Shown here piece by piece: positions 55,069-63,745 of a DNA stretch of 63,745 nt. The notes beneath the pieces were generated by a model. It was not told the origin of the DNA, did no database searches, and saw only the letters and a program-made list of their open reading frames with translations. Location: contig JAFYDR010000001.1 in assembly GCA_017544725.1 (NCBI GenBank), forward strand, positions 1 to 63,745, written 5' to 3'. The stretch comes from Kiritimatiellia bacterium. GTDB taxonomy: Bacteria; Verrucomicrobiota; Kiritimatiellia; RFP12; UBA1067. Position 1 is the first letter of the stretch. Each line of letters begins with the position of its first letter. Position numbers and translations under genes: made by a program.

Positions 55069-56973
55069 ATGGATGAAAGGTTGCCAGCGATCTATCCTGT
55101 TCCCCGGCGGTACGAGCCGGGGGATGGGGTGTTCGTTTTGCCCCACGAGTGCGTGATCGAATGGGTGACGGATGACATCGATCTCATCCTGCCTGCGATG
55201 CGCGAGGTGGGGGCAGTGCCCCACCTCCTACGAGAAACAGGGGCAGTGCCGCACCGCCTACGAGAAAGGGTGGTGGCAAGCTCCTGCGAGAAAAAGGGGG
55301 GCGATGCGGCGATCCGCTTTGCGGTGGGGGCAATGCCCCACCGCCCACGAGAAAGGGGGGCGTGGCCACAACACCTGCGGGATTCGCGGGGGGCGTATTC
55401 GCTGCGCGTGACACCCGCTGGAATTGAGGTGGAGGCTGGCGACCGCGAGGGCGCGTTTTATGCGGCGCAAACATTGCGATGCCTTCTTACCTCCGCCCTG
55501 TGCGGGGGGGGCGGGGGGACACTCCCGTCGTTCGTACCCGCCCTCACCATCGAGGACGCCCCCGATTTCCCGGTACGTGGCGTGATGTTGGACATCAGCC
55601 GCGACAAGGTGCCGACCATGCAGACGCTCTTCCGCTTGGTCGATCTCTTCGCCGCGCTCCGTTACAACCAGCTCCAGCTCTACATGGAGCACGCCTTCGC
55701 TTATCGCGGACATGAGGCAGTGTGGCAGAATGCCTCGCCGATGACGCCGGACGAGATTCGCACACTGGATGCCTATTGTCGCGATCGTTGCATCGAGCTG
55801 GTTCCCAACCAAAATTCCTTCGGGCATCTCGAACGCTGGCTAGCTCACGAGGAATACCGCGACATGGCGGAGTTGCCGCAAGGTGGTGCGCCGTTGCCGT
55901 GGGGTGGCACGCGCGATTATCCCTCCGCACTCTGTCCGACAGATCCACGTACGTTACCTTTCCTCGCAGGGTTGTATGACCAGCTCCTGCCCTGCTTCTC
56001 CTCGCCTCTCTTCAATGTCGGGTGTGACGAGGTCTTCGATCTCTGCCCGCAGAGCCGCAGCGTTTGCGGCGCGAAGGACGCCCCTGCGCGTCAAGGCCGC
56101 GTCTATCTCGATTTCCTGAAGGATGTCCATCGGTTGGTGTCGGATCGTGGACACACGATGCTCTTTTGGGACGACATGTTCTTGCATCACCCGGAACTGG
56201 CGCGTGAGTTGCCGCGCGATATCGTCGCGCTGGAATGGGGATACGAGGAGGATCATCCCTTTGACGCGCACTGCCGAACGTTGCGCGATGCAGGGATTCC
56301 TTTCTACGTCTGTCCCGGTACCTCCTCGTGGCGTTCACTCTTCGGGCGTACGACGAACATGACCGCAAACATCCGCATCGCGTCACATGCCGGAATCGAA
56401 CACGGTGCCACCGGTTTCCTCCTGACGGACTGGGGTGATGCGGGGCATTGGCAACCGTTGGTGGTGAGCATTCCCGCTTTCGTTTATGGCGGGTTGATCT
56501 CATGGTGCGCGGCGACGAACGCGGAGGTGGATCTCTCAGCGGCAACTGGGGCGTTCGCGCTGAACGCCGCAGCTGCCGACGCGCTGTTGCGGTTGGGCGA
56601 CCTCTACCTGAAGAGCGGTGCGAAGTTGTGCAACTGCACCGCATTTTTCCAGTTGCTGAACAGTACGCACGACGCGCCATTCCCGACTGGCGTCACCGCC
56701 GAAACCTTACGCGAAGCGGAGAGGGAGATGCGACGCATTCCGTTGATGGAAGCGGCGGCAGGTCTGTCGACGGAAGACCGCGCCGACTTCGCCCTGCTCG
56801 ACGCGTTCGGCGAGGCGGTCTGGCGCAAGGGCGATGGCACGGTCCGTACGGACGAGGATTGGTTGAGGCAGAAAGAATCGGTTGCTCGTGTATTGGAACA
56901 ATCTTGGTTGCTTCGCAACCGTCCCGGAGGACTGGCGGACAGCCTCGCGAAATTGAAAGGAGAGACGAAATGA
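55069..56973 (+). CDS. GH20-family beta-N-acetylhexosaminidase-like protein carrying an in-frame repeat insertion
   Basis: GH20b-like start IYPVPRRYEPGDGVFVL..AYSLRVTPAGIEVEAGDREGAFYAAQTLRCLL. Catalytic domain VRGVMLDISRDKVPTMQTL..YNQLQLYMEH and FNVGCDEV (D-E pair, 56011-56037). Confidence 0.8.
   Translation: MDERLPAIYPVPRRYEPGDGVFVLPHECVIEWVTDDIDLILPAMREVGAVPHLLRETGAVPHRLRERVVASSCEKKGGDAAIRFAVGAMPHRPRERGAWPQHLRDSRGAYSLRVTPAGIEVEAGDREGAFYAAQTLRCLLTSALCGGGGGTLPSFVPALTIEDAPDFPVRGVMLDISRDKVPTMQTLFRLVDLFAALRYNQLQLYMEHAFAYRGHEAVWQNASPMTPDEIRTLDAYCRDRCIELVPNQNSFGHLERWLAHEEYRDMAELPQGGAPLPWGGTRDYPSALCPTDPRTLPFLAGLYDQLLPCFSSPLFNVGCDEVFDLCPQSRSVCGAKDAPARQGRVYLDFLKDVHRLVSDRGHTMLFWDDMFLHHPELARELPRDIVALEWGYEEDHPFDAHCRTLRDAGIPFYVCPGTSSWRSLFGRTTNMTANIRIASHAGIEHGATGFLLTDWGDAGHWQPLVVSIPAFVYGGLISWCAATNAEVDLSAATGAFALNAAAADALLRLGDLYLKSGAKLCNCTAFFQLLNSTHDAPFPTGVTAETLREAEREMRRIPLMEAAAGLSTEDRADFALLDAFGEAVWRKGDGTVRTDEDWLRQKESVARVLEQSWLLRNRPGGLADSLAKLKGETK
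55209..55360 (+). repeat. Family-E GC-rich repeats inside the GH20 coding sequence
   Basis: Units gggggcagtgccccacctcctacgagaaaca (55209-55239), ggggcagtgccgcaccgcctacgagaaaggg (55240-55270) and gggggcaatgccccaccgcccacgagaaagggggg (55326-55360). They are related to the reverse complement of 58341-58410. Confidence 0.7.
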
Positions 56974-58217
56974 AACGGAAAGAGTTCTTGAAACTGGCGG
57001 GAGGTGCCGCCATGATCGGTGGCATGGGGTGGACGTTACCCGTAGTCGGCGCGGAGAACGAGAAGGTTCCGCCACGTAACCCGCGTCCCTACACGGGGCT
57101 GGACTGGTCGTCATTGAAACAGATCCACACCACCTCGCACGGTCATTGCACCAGTCAGAATTTTCTGGACGCCTATCTGAACCGAGGTCTGGAATTCCTC
57201 ACCCTCTCCAACTATTACCCCTCTGCGCCGTGGTGGCCGATGAAGACGATGACGCAGAACTACTATCAGATCCACCACGACTTCCCAGTCATGGTCAACG
57301 GAAAACGCACGAATGGACCGTTCAACTGGAACGAGATCGTGAAGCCGTGGGCGGGTGAGATCGAGGAGGGGTACAAGAAATACTATCCCTTCAAGGAGGG
57401 TGAACTGGTTTTTAAAAACGTGCCGGATCACATTCTGGAGGCACCGAATGCCGAACATCACGGATTCATCTCGCCCTTCGGTTCGTTCCACATGTGCGCA
57501 CCCGGCTCCGCCTTCCGCTCTGGTACCTTCGACGCGCGGAACCGTTTCCGCACGAAGTCGCACGGCTATCACTTCGGTAGCGGTGAACCGTGGCGGGTCG
57601 CGATCGACCGGATGATTCGTGGGCTGATCTTCCCCGATGGCGGCGGTGTGACGATCAACCACCCGTCGTGGAGCCGCCTCAGCAAGGATTTCGTCGTGGA
57701 GGTGCTGGATCACGACCCCCGCGTGCTGGGTTGCGAGGTCTTCAATCAAAGCTGCACTCCGAGCAAGAACTATCCGTGGTCCACGCAGTTTACGGAGGAC
57801 TACTGGGATTACGCGCTCTCCAAAGGACGCCAGTGCTTTGGGTTTTTCGTGCCGGACTGGTCGCGAACCGAGGGGGTCAACGTCCTGCTCGTCCCGGAAC
57901 GGACGGTACACGAATGCCTCAAGGCGTATCGGCAGGGGAATTGGTATGGCGCGATCAAGGGACGTGGCATCCTGCGCTTCACGCACATCTCCTTCGATTC
58001 GGGCAAGTTGCTGGTCAAGACCGACAAACCCGCCCGCTTCCAGGTGATCTCCAAGCAGGGCGTGGTCAAGGAGGAGACAGGGACTGAGTTGGCATTCCAG
58101 GTGGGGGAAGATGCCGCCAAGCACGGTTATCTCCGCGCCAAGGCATACGCCACCGACAATTCCGGCGAAATCCTCTTCACCCAGCCCATGATGTTAACGG
58201 CTAACGCCGCTAGCTGA
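56970..58217 (+). CDS. Exported hypothetical protein with His-rich PHP-like metal-hydrolase motifs
   Basis: The ATG overlaps the GH20 stop (ATGA, 56970-56973). Tat-like MKRKEFLKLAGGAAMIGG. QIHTTSHGH, NAEHHGF, TINHPSW. The track start at 56448 lies inside the GH20 gene. Confidence 0.7.
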   Translation: MKRKEFLKLAGGAAMIGGMGWTLPVVGAENEKVPPRNPRPYTGLDWSSLKQIHTTSHGHCTSQNFLDAYLNRGLEFLTLSNYYPSAPWWPMKTMTQNYYQIHHDFPVMVNGKRTNGPFNWNEIVKPWAGEIEEGYKKYYPFKEGELVFKNVPDHILEAPNAEHHGFISPFGSFHMCAPGSAFRSGTFDARNRFRTKSHGYHFGSGEPWRVAIDRMIRGLIFPDGGGVTINHPSWSRLSKDFVVEVLDHDPRVLGCEVFNQSCTPSKNYPWSTQFTEDYWDYALSKGRQCFGFFVPDWSRTEGVNVLLVPERTVHECLKAYRQGNWYGAIKGRGILRFTHISFDSGKLLVKTDKPARFQVISKQGVVKEETGTELAFQVGEDAAKHGYLRAKAYATDNSGEILFTQPMMLTANAAS

Positions 58218-58340
58218 AAAGCGGGCTGGGCGTGTAAAGCTGGGAGAGCTAGGCGAAAGGGGAGGTGCCCACCTGTCCGTGCGGAACACGAGCAAGAATG
58301 CCCGTGCACTGAACAGGTAACAACCTCCGAGCACAGCCCT

Positions 58341-58441
58341 CCGTCTTTCTCGTGGGTCCCCGGGCACTGCCCCGCCCCCGTCTTTCTCGTGGGTCCCCGG
58401 GCACAGCCCCGGGGACTTCGGGGGGACCCCCGTCCTTTGCA
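58341..58441 (-). repeat. Composite of two family-E units plus one family-C terminus
   Basis: ccgtctttctcgtgggtccccgggcac(t/a)gcccc occurs twice (58341-58410). It is followed by ccccggggacttcggggggacccccgtcctttgca (58407-58441) and an A-rich run. Confidence 0.7.
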
Positions 58442-58536
58442 AAAAAACAAAAAAATTTTGGAAAACCGTTTTTCTTTTGCGAATACGTTATTGTTGACGC
58501 CCCCCAAGGGCGGATGAGAAAGGAAGAGGTGAAGGT

Positions 58537-59088
58537 ATGAAGAAGAGCATTTTGGCTTTGTTGACGATTGTTATGGCGGCGACGATGGTTTGCGCACCTG
58601 CGATGGCGCGTCCGCATGGTTTCCACGGCGGCCCGCATCACGGATGGGGCCCTGGCCCGTACTGGCACCACCACCATCACCGCTGGTATGACGGCGGTCT
58701 CGGATTCGCGGCTGGCGTGATTGGCGCTGGAATCGTTGCCGGAACCGTGGATGCGATCATCGGTGGTCCGCGTTACTACGCCCCTGCGCCAGTGGTCGTG
58801 CAGCAGCCGACACCGGTCGTGGTTCAGCAGCCCGCTCCGGTGGTCGTCCAGCAGCCCGCTCCGCAGGTTGTGGTTCAGCAACAGCCGCAGGTCGTCGTGC
58901 AGCAGCCGATGCCGGTGGCGGAACCCGCCCCCATCCAGCAGCAGACCACGGTGACCACGACAACCACCACGACCACTCCCGCGCAACAGCGCGTCTGGGT
59001 AGAAGGTCACTGGCAGGTCCAGCAGGATGCCTACGGACGCCCTGTGCGCCGTACTTGGGTGGAAGGCTACTGGCAGAACGTGCAGTAA
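58537..59088 (+). CDS. Secreted His-rich protein with PVVVQQP repeats and C-terminal WxxGxW repeats
   Basis: Signal MKKSILALLTIVMAATMVCAPAMA. HGFHGGPHHGWGPGPYWHHHHHRW. 24-nt coding repeats at about 58795-58910. RVWVEGHWQ..RTWVEGYWQ. Confidence 0.7.
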   Translation: MKKSILALLTIVMAATMVCAPAMARPHGFHGGPHHGWGPGPYWHHHHHRWYDGGLGFAAGVIGAGIVAGTVDAIIGGPRYYAPAPVVVQQPTPVVVQQPAPVVVQQPAPQVVVQQQPQVVVQQPMPVAEPAPIQQQTTVTTTTTTTTPAQQRVWVEGHWQVQQDAYGRPVRRTWVEGYWQNVQ

Positions 59089-59139
59089 CCCTGTGTGGCA
59101 AGTGCGTCCCTCCCATTGTCGCTACCCTTGCTGTTCTGT

Positions 59140-59162
59140 GCGCGGGCATACCATGCCCGCGC
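59140..59162 (+). terminator. Intrinsic-terminator-like hairpin
   Basis: gcgcgggcat-acc-atgcccgcgc (10-bp stem) followed by tcttctgcg. It lies 52 nt after the stop at 59088. Confidence 0.5.
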
Positions 59163-59253
59163 TCTTCTGCGTAAGGGAAAACTACGACAATGCAGATGTG
59201 CAGAGGCGCATTCCACCCGACTCGAACTCCGAACCCAAAACGATCTCCGCGTG

Positions 59254-59865
59254 ATGAAAATCTACGTAGATATGGATGACGTACTGACGGAAACGGCAAG
59301 AGAGCTGTCGCGTTTGGCGGCAGCTCTCTTCGACATTCATGTTCCGTATGAGAAAATTTTTGCCTTCGATCTCAAGCAGTCGTTCCATCTGACCGACGAG
59401 GAGTATCTCCACCTAATGCGCGGAGCCCATTGGAAAGGGGCTTTGGAAGGACTTCCGGAAACCCCCGGTGCACGCGAGGGTGTCGCTCAGCTTTTGAAAC
59501 AGGGACACGAGGTTGTCATCGTGACCGGACGTCCCCTGCAGACTGCGAATGTTTCGCAGGGGTGGTTGCGACAACATGGTTTCCCCGAACTACCCTTCTA
59601 TTGCCTCGACAAGTATGGCCGCTGGAGCGGAGGCGACTCCGCCGATCCACGTCTGCTGACACGCGAAGCGTTCGAGCAGACACGTTTCGACCTATTCATC
59701 GACGATTCCCCTTTGGCACTTGACCTACTCCAAAACCGTAGCGATAGCCGTATTCTGGTTTTCGACCGACCTTGGAATCGCGACTACCCGTTAACATCTT
59801 CCATGCGCCGCGTTTTTGGCTGGGACGAAGTGGTGGCGGCAGCGAATGCTGCCACCACCGAATGA
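59254..59865 (+). CDS. HAD-superfamily 5'(3')-deoxyribonucleotidase-like phosphatase
   Basis: MKIYVDMDDVLTE (DxDxT-type motif I) and VIVTGR (motif II region). The ATG at 59254 lies in frame within track ORF 59095. Confidence 0.78.
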   Translation: MKIYVDMDDVLTETARELSRLAAALFDIHVPYEKIFAFDLKQSFHLTDEEYLHLMRGAHWKGALEGLPETPGAREGVAQLLKQGHEVVIVTGRPLQTANVSQGWLRQHGFPELPFYCLDKYGRWSGGDSADPRLLTREAFEQTRFDLFIDDSPLALDLLQNRSDSRILVFDRPWNRDYPLTSSMRRVFGWDEVVAAANAATTE

Positions 59866-59917
59866 AAAAATAACCGGAAGCTGCCCAGTGTCGCGTCGCT
59901 TGCGGCGTGGGGCAAAG

Positions 59918-61642
59918 CTACCCAACCACCAGCTCGACGCGACGGACACGGAGACAGGAGCGTGGACTCACGTAGTTGAAGATTAGGTCGCAGCTTTCCG
60001 GGAAATTTCCATCTTTCGGCGGGGTGAACGGAAAGATATAACGGAGGGTTCCCGGTTTTCCTGGAACGCTCTGCACCTGATGCAGGTCGCGACCGCCACG
60101 CGCACGGAGGGAGATACGCCACGCGCACCATTCGCCGTCGGGCTGGTCGCTGTCGAGATCCACGAGCAACTGATGCCGCTTCCCGCCTTCAACCTTGGCG
60201 AAGACGCCATCCGTGAGCCAGAAAGTGCCTTGACCGCTTGGCGGCGCGAAGCTGCCGTCCATCGCACGATCCACCGGCTTCCCATATTCGGTAAACCGCA
60301 TCGTGTCCATCGGGTTCTCACAGAGCCAGAGCGATTTCTGCGCAGGATGCAAGGCTGTGAACTCGGCGAAGACGGGCTTGGTCTCGCGGTAGAAGAAATC
60401 GACAGGCGCGACGGAGACGCGGTAGGTTGCGCCGGTGGTGAAGAAGCCGGTCGCCAACGTGTGGCGAGACCATCCTGTGCGTTCCTTCTTCGTTTTCCAG
60501 AATTCGCTGAAGATGTCATCTTGTGAGAAGGTCACCCATTCGCCGTCGGCGTTTTTACGCTGGCAACGGATGCGGTACATGAAGGCATCCGGTCCAACGG
60601 TGGATTCAGGGATGGTCACCTCGTAGCCGGAGATGGGAGAACCGACGGGCTTGACAGAGATTTTCACGCCCTCGGCGAAGTGGGTCTGCTTCTGGCGTTT
60701 TGCCGCCGCGCACGGGCAGTAGGGCGCGTTCGCCGCGACGAAGGGGAGCGGAACGACCCACGGAGGACCGAATTCGGAGCCGTCACGCACGTCGTAACGG
60801 TAGGCGACGAGGCGATCCGGGAAGACGTCGAGTAGAATGGCACCGTAGTTCGGCTTGGCCTGCGGCGGCGGTGTCGAACCGGGAGCGAATCCACCCCAAG
60901 TCTGGAGGCAGCCCGCGTTGATGGCGGTGAACTGTCCCTGCCAGATCTGGCGCTCGCAGACGAGTGTGCCGTGAACGTGGCCGGAGAGCGAGACGACCTG
61001 CGGGAAGCGGTTGAGAATCTTCCGGCAATTTTCGCTACCCCACTGGCGACTGTGGAAGGTGGTACCGGCGGGCGGCAGGTGGTCGCACACGAAGACCGGT
61101 TTGCCGGGGTTGTCGGCACAAACACGCGCAACTGTCTTTGCAAAGTCGTCCCACGTGTGGAAACCCTTCGTGCCGACGCTCTGCGTGGTTACGATGAAGG
61201 GCAGGCCTTTCCACACGAAGTCGCAGAACGGCGGGTTGGGAGCTTGCAGTTCCTTGCGCACGTTCTCGAACGCGGCAACGTGATCGGTCTTTCCGATGTA
61301 CTTCTCGTGCTGGATCAGATCATGCCAGGCATAGACGAAGATTTCCTTAGGCCGCGAGGCGGGATCGGGAAAGACCGTATTGATGGTCTGGCGATAGAAG
61401 CGGTAACCTTCGGGATAGTGGCGGTCGGCGATGTCACCGCAGTTGATAACCATCTCCGCACCCTTTGACTTGAACAACTCCAGCGCAGCCTTGACGCGGG
61501 AACAGCTCTCCAGCGTTTGCAGCACGTGCGTGTCGGTAATCAACCCGATCCGCGCGATCCGTCCCGTTGCCGGGATTCCCAGCACAGGCAACGCACCCGT
61601 CGCCAGCATCCCGCCCAAAAAACTTCTCCGTTTCATTTCCAT
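59918..61642 (-). CDS. Tat-exported calcineurin-like metallophosphoesterase with a C-terminal beta-rich domain
   Basis: MEMKRRSFLGGMLATGALPVLG. IGLITDTHV, NCGDIADR, LSGHVHG. Confidence 0.85.
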   Translation of the reverse strand: MEMKRRSFLGGMLATGALPVLGIPATGRIARIGLITDTHVLQTLESCSRVKAALELFKSKGAEMVINCGDIADRHYPEGYRFYRQTINTVFPDPASRPKEIFVYAWHDLIQHEKYIGKTDHVAAFENVRKELQAPNPPFCDFVWKGLPFIVTTQSVGTKGFHTWDDFAKTVARVCADNPGKPVFVCDHLPPAGTTFHSRQWGSENCRKILNRFPQVVSLSGHVHGTLVCERQIWQGQFTAINAGCLQTWGGFAPGSTPPPQAKPNYGAILLDVFPDRLVAYRYDVRDGSEFGPPWVVPLPFVAANAPYCPCAAAKRQKQTHFAEGVKISVKPVGSPISGYEVTIPESTVGPDAFMYRIRCQRKNADGEWVTFSQDDIFSEFWKTKKERTGWSRHTLATGFFTTGATYRVSVAPVDFFYRETKPVFAEFTALHPAQKSLWLCENPMDTMRFTEYGKPVDRAMDGSFAPPSGQGTFWLTDGVFAKVEGGKRHQLLVDLDSDQPDGEWCAWRISLRARGGRDLHQVQSVPGKPGTLRYIFPFTPPKDGNFPESCDLIFNYVSPRSCLRVRRVELVVG

Positions 61643-61744
61643 CGACTTCCCTTTCCTCGTTTCGCGAGGGCGCCAGCCCTCCGTCGCCGTGTTCTGTTCG
61701 CAGGGTACCATGCCTGCACCCCATGCAGAGTGAACGCCGCTCCT

Positions 61745-63745
61745 TTATTTGATAAACAGCATCGTTCCGTAGTGGATGACCACCTTGTTGCCGACGGGAC
61801 CGACGGCGCTGAATGGCTTGTTCGGAGAGTAGATCTCGTTGTGGCGCGCATCCCACAGCGCAGCCCATCCGTTGTCAAGCAGTACAGGACGGAAGTCGCG
61901 CATAATGAACCCATCCTGCCAAATCTTCAACCAGTAGAGACGCGCCTGGCAGAAGAACTGCGCGGTACCGGCCTTGTCGTCGGCGAAGATGTAGAGGTTG
62001 CACCCCGCGTTCACGCCATCCGTGTCGGTACGGTTGACGATTGTTGTACCGTCCGCCGTAATGACCTGCGAGCCGTTGTCGAGAGCAGTGCTGACATGGT
62101 ACTTGTGGTTCGCCACAGCGAGTACTTTGTTGGCATTGTCTCCACCAACCGTTGCCGCCGGATTACGCGAGTCGGGATACCAGAAACTGTTGTAACCATA
62201 AGACAGAGCATTTTTCACCACGTGCCACATCAGAAAGCGGCGGTTTCCGCTGGTGCGGGCACCGAGAAATTCCCAGTCACTAGAGTAAGCGAACTGCTTC
62301 CACTCCATCTCGAACTCGGCTGCCGTACCATCACGGGCGGTTACGCCGGTATCGATGTATTGCGTTCCGTCAGTATCGACCCAGTCCAGATAATACTCCG
62401 GTTTCTCCTCGCCAGTAGGCTGATACGCCCCCACATTGCCCTTGGCGGGAATAAGTGGCACGGGGCAGTAGAGTGCGCGGGTTTCCGTGTCGTAGAGCAT
62501 CGCCCATCCGTCCTTCACGCACGGCTTGAAGTCGCGCACGAGGATACCGTCCTGCCAAATCTTCAACCCGTAGCAACGGGCGTGCGCATTGTAATAGGCT
62601 GGTTGCGTGTTACCCCGGTTGGCAGCGAAGAGGTAGAGGTTGCCGCCCGAATCAACGGTTGCGTCGCTGTGCGCCTCCATGATACGCTCTCCGTTGATAT
62701 CGATTGTCTGGGAGCCGACCGCGTAGGAGACGTCAAAAGCGTACCGGGTGCCTCTTGTTATCGCATACAGGTTGGTCGATACAGTCTCGACGAGGTTGGT
62801 GGTGACGATACCCGTGTCGGGATCGGTCTCCTCCTGCTCTACGAGGTTCGTCGTATAGACGTTCGGATAGATGCCTTGAGAACCGTACCCAGACCAGAAG
62901 GTCTTGTCCGCCTCATGGAAGGGATAGAGACGCGATGCTTGGTTACCCGCATTTGCAGCGCCAAGGTAGGCACGTTCGTACTGATTGATTCTGGCTGACA
63001 AGTAATCGTTTTCCTCTTTGCGTGTCCGCACCTGCGTCCATTCCATCTCACCCGCCACGCGGATACCGGAACGGGAACGGACTCCGGTGTCTAGATAGTT
63101 GATTCCGTTCGCCTGAATGTACTCGACGAAGTAGAAACCTTTCTCCGCCGGTTCGGGCGCGATCTCGCCCTGGAGCGCGTTTTGCTGCGGGTAGAAGATC
63201 GTTTCGCTCACCTCGTCGTAGAGGGCGGCTTCTCCGTTTTTCATACAGGGCTTGAAGTTGCGTTTCAGGTCGTTGTCCAGCCAGATCTTCATCGAGTAGA
63301 GGCGGATCCGGCTCTGGGTGTTTGCCGTACCTCCACGATTGTTGGCGAAGAGGTAGAGGTTGCGGCCGGTGTTGTAGGAGTCGGCGATAGACGAGGCATA
63401 GACCGTCTCGCCGTTCACGATGAGCGTCTGGCTGCCGGCGTTCAGCTCACCCTGAACGAGGTAACGGGTTCCGACCGTGTATTTGAATTCATTTTGGTAA
63501 TACTTTCCATATCCGACAAGTAGCTTGTTCCAAATGTGAATGGGCATGAGACGGTCATTCCCACTCCAGGTGGCACGTGCGCCAAGCACACACTGATCCC
63601 CTCCAACGTCCATCCACTCGAGGTCTGCCTCCGCACGGACTCCCGAACGCCCGATGACCTCCGTGTCGATGTAGGTGTCCCCGAAAGAAATGACGGATTC
63701 AAGGAAGACGTCTGGCGTGTTGTAGTTCTCGTCATAGACGAGGTC
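61745..63745 (-). CDS. Modular repeat protein (at least 3.5 copies of a 210-240-aa module), 5'-truncated by the window edge
   Basis: The frame stays open to base 63745 (DLVYDENYNTPDVFLESVISFGDTYIDTEVIGRSG.. precedes the track M at 63613). The module signature YIDTGV..EMEW..NLYLFA.N.G...R.Y..KIWQDG.L.RDF.P......A.LYD occurs with KIW codons at about 63289, 62563 and 61927. Confidence 0.75.
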   Translation of the reverse strand, partial: DLVYDENYNTPDVFLESVISFGDTYIDTEVIGRSGVRAEADLEWMDVGGDQCVLGARATWSGNDRLMPIHIWNKLLVGYGKYYQNEFKYTVGTRYLVQGELNAGSQTLIVNGETVYASSIADSYNTGRNLYLFANNRGGTANTQSRIRLYSMKIWLDNDLKRNFKPCMKNGEAALYDEVSETIFYPQQNALQGEIAPEPAEKGFYFVEYIQANGINYLDTGVRSRSGIRVAGEMEWTQVRTRKEENDYLSARINQYERAYLGAANAGNQASRLYPFHEADKTFWSGYGSQGIYPNVYTTNLVEQEETDPDTGIVTTNLVETVSTNLYAITRGTRYAFDVSYAVGSQTIDINGERIMEAHSDATVDSGGNLYLFAANRGNTQPAYYNAHARCYGLKIWQDGILVRDFKPCVKDGWAMLYDTETRALYCPVPLIPAKGNVGAYQPTGEEKPEYYLDWVDTDGTQYIDTGVTARDGTAAEFEMEWKQFAYSSDWEFLGARTSGNRRFLMWHVVKNALSYGYNSFWYPDSRNPAATVGGDNANKVLAVANHKYHVSTALDNGSQVITADGTTIVNRTDTDGVNAGCNLYIFADDKAGTAQFFCQARLYWLKIWQDGFIMRDFRPVLLDNGWAALWDARHNEIYSPNKPFSAVGPVGNKVVIHYGTMLFIK

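Noticed and set aside
56448-56969. N-terminal 174-aa extension of the 56448-58217 ORF; likewise the extensions 24440-24694, 52675-52815, 59095-59253 and 30893-31078
   Set aside because: The extensions overlap the upstream gene or repeat DNA and lack signal peptides. Internal ATGs with RBS and signal or Tat leaders give sensible proteins.
61517-62998. 493-aa plus-strand ORF
   Set aside because: It overlaps the metallophosphoesterase start and is antisense to the modular repeat protein. The repeated KIWQDG..RDF modules are seen only on the minus strand.

Overview
This is a 63.7-kb chromosomal window with high GC (about 60% by eye). Its gene content looks like a PVC-superphylum bacterium (Verrucomicrobiota, Kiritimatiellota or Lentisphaerota-like). 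That placement is an inference from four things: a giant secretin inside a five-gene locus ordered like Akkermansia Amuc_1102-to-Amuc_1098, a GldG + DUF4340-like pair, a PVC-type small basic protein, and many secreted glycoside hydrolases. I can support about 40 protein genes. Housekeeping genes are umuDC, coaE, rho, panD, clpC, a NifU-like gene, etfB/etfA plus ETF-QO, dnaX, an lptF/G-family permease and an lpxL-family acyltransferase. Glycan-degradation genes are a GH2 - GH20 - unknown operon, a GH78-like gene, one more GH-like gene and an alpha/beta hydrolase. There are also several giant or modular surface proteins. One clearly foreign low-GC island (low-to-mid 40s % by eye, about 0.7-3.7 kb) carries a C5-cytosine methyltransferase translationally coupled to an unassigned PD-(D/E)xK nuclease. 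I saw no rRNA, tRNA or CRISPR. Three things stand out. (1) The pilus-like locus at 12.8-21.3 kb has no pilin, ATPase or platform gene in the window. (2) The intergenic space is built from several interspersed repeat families. One behaves like a MITE (about 22-bp terminal inverted repeats plus an 8/9-bp flanking direct repeat). Another is inserted in frame inside the GH20 gene. (3) Several compact multi-hairpin elements lie in otherwise empty intergenic DNA. Many long ORFs in the track are antisense shadows typical of GC-rich DNA and are rejected. All family calls come from motifs read by eye and from memory of the families. No database search was run.
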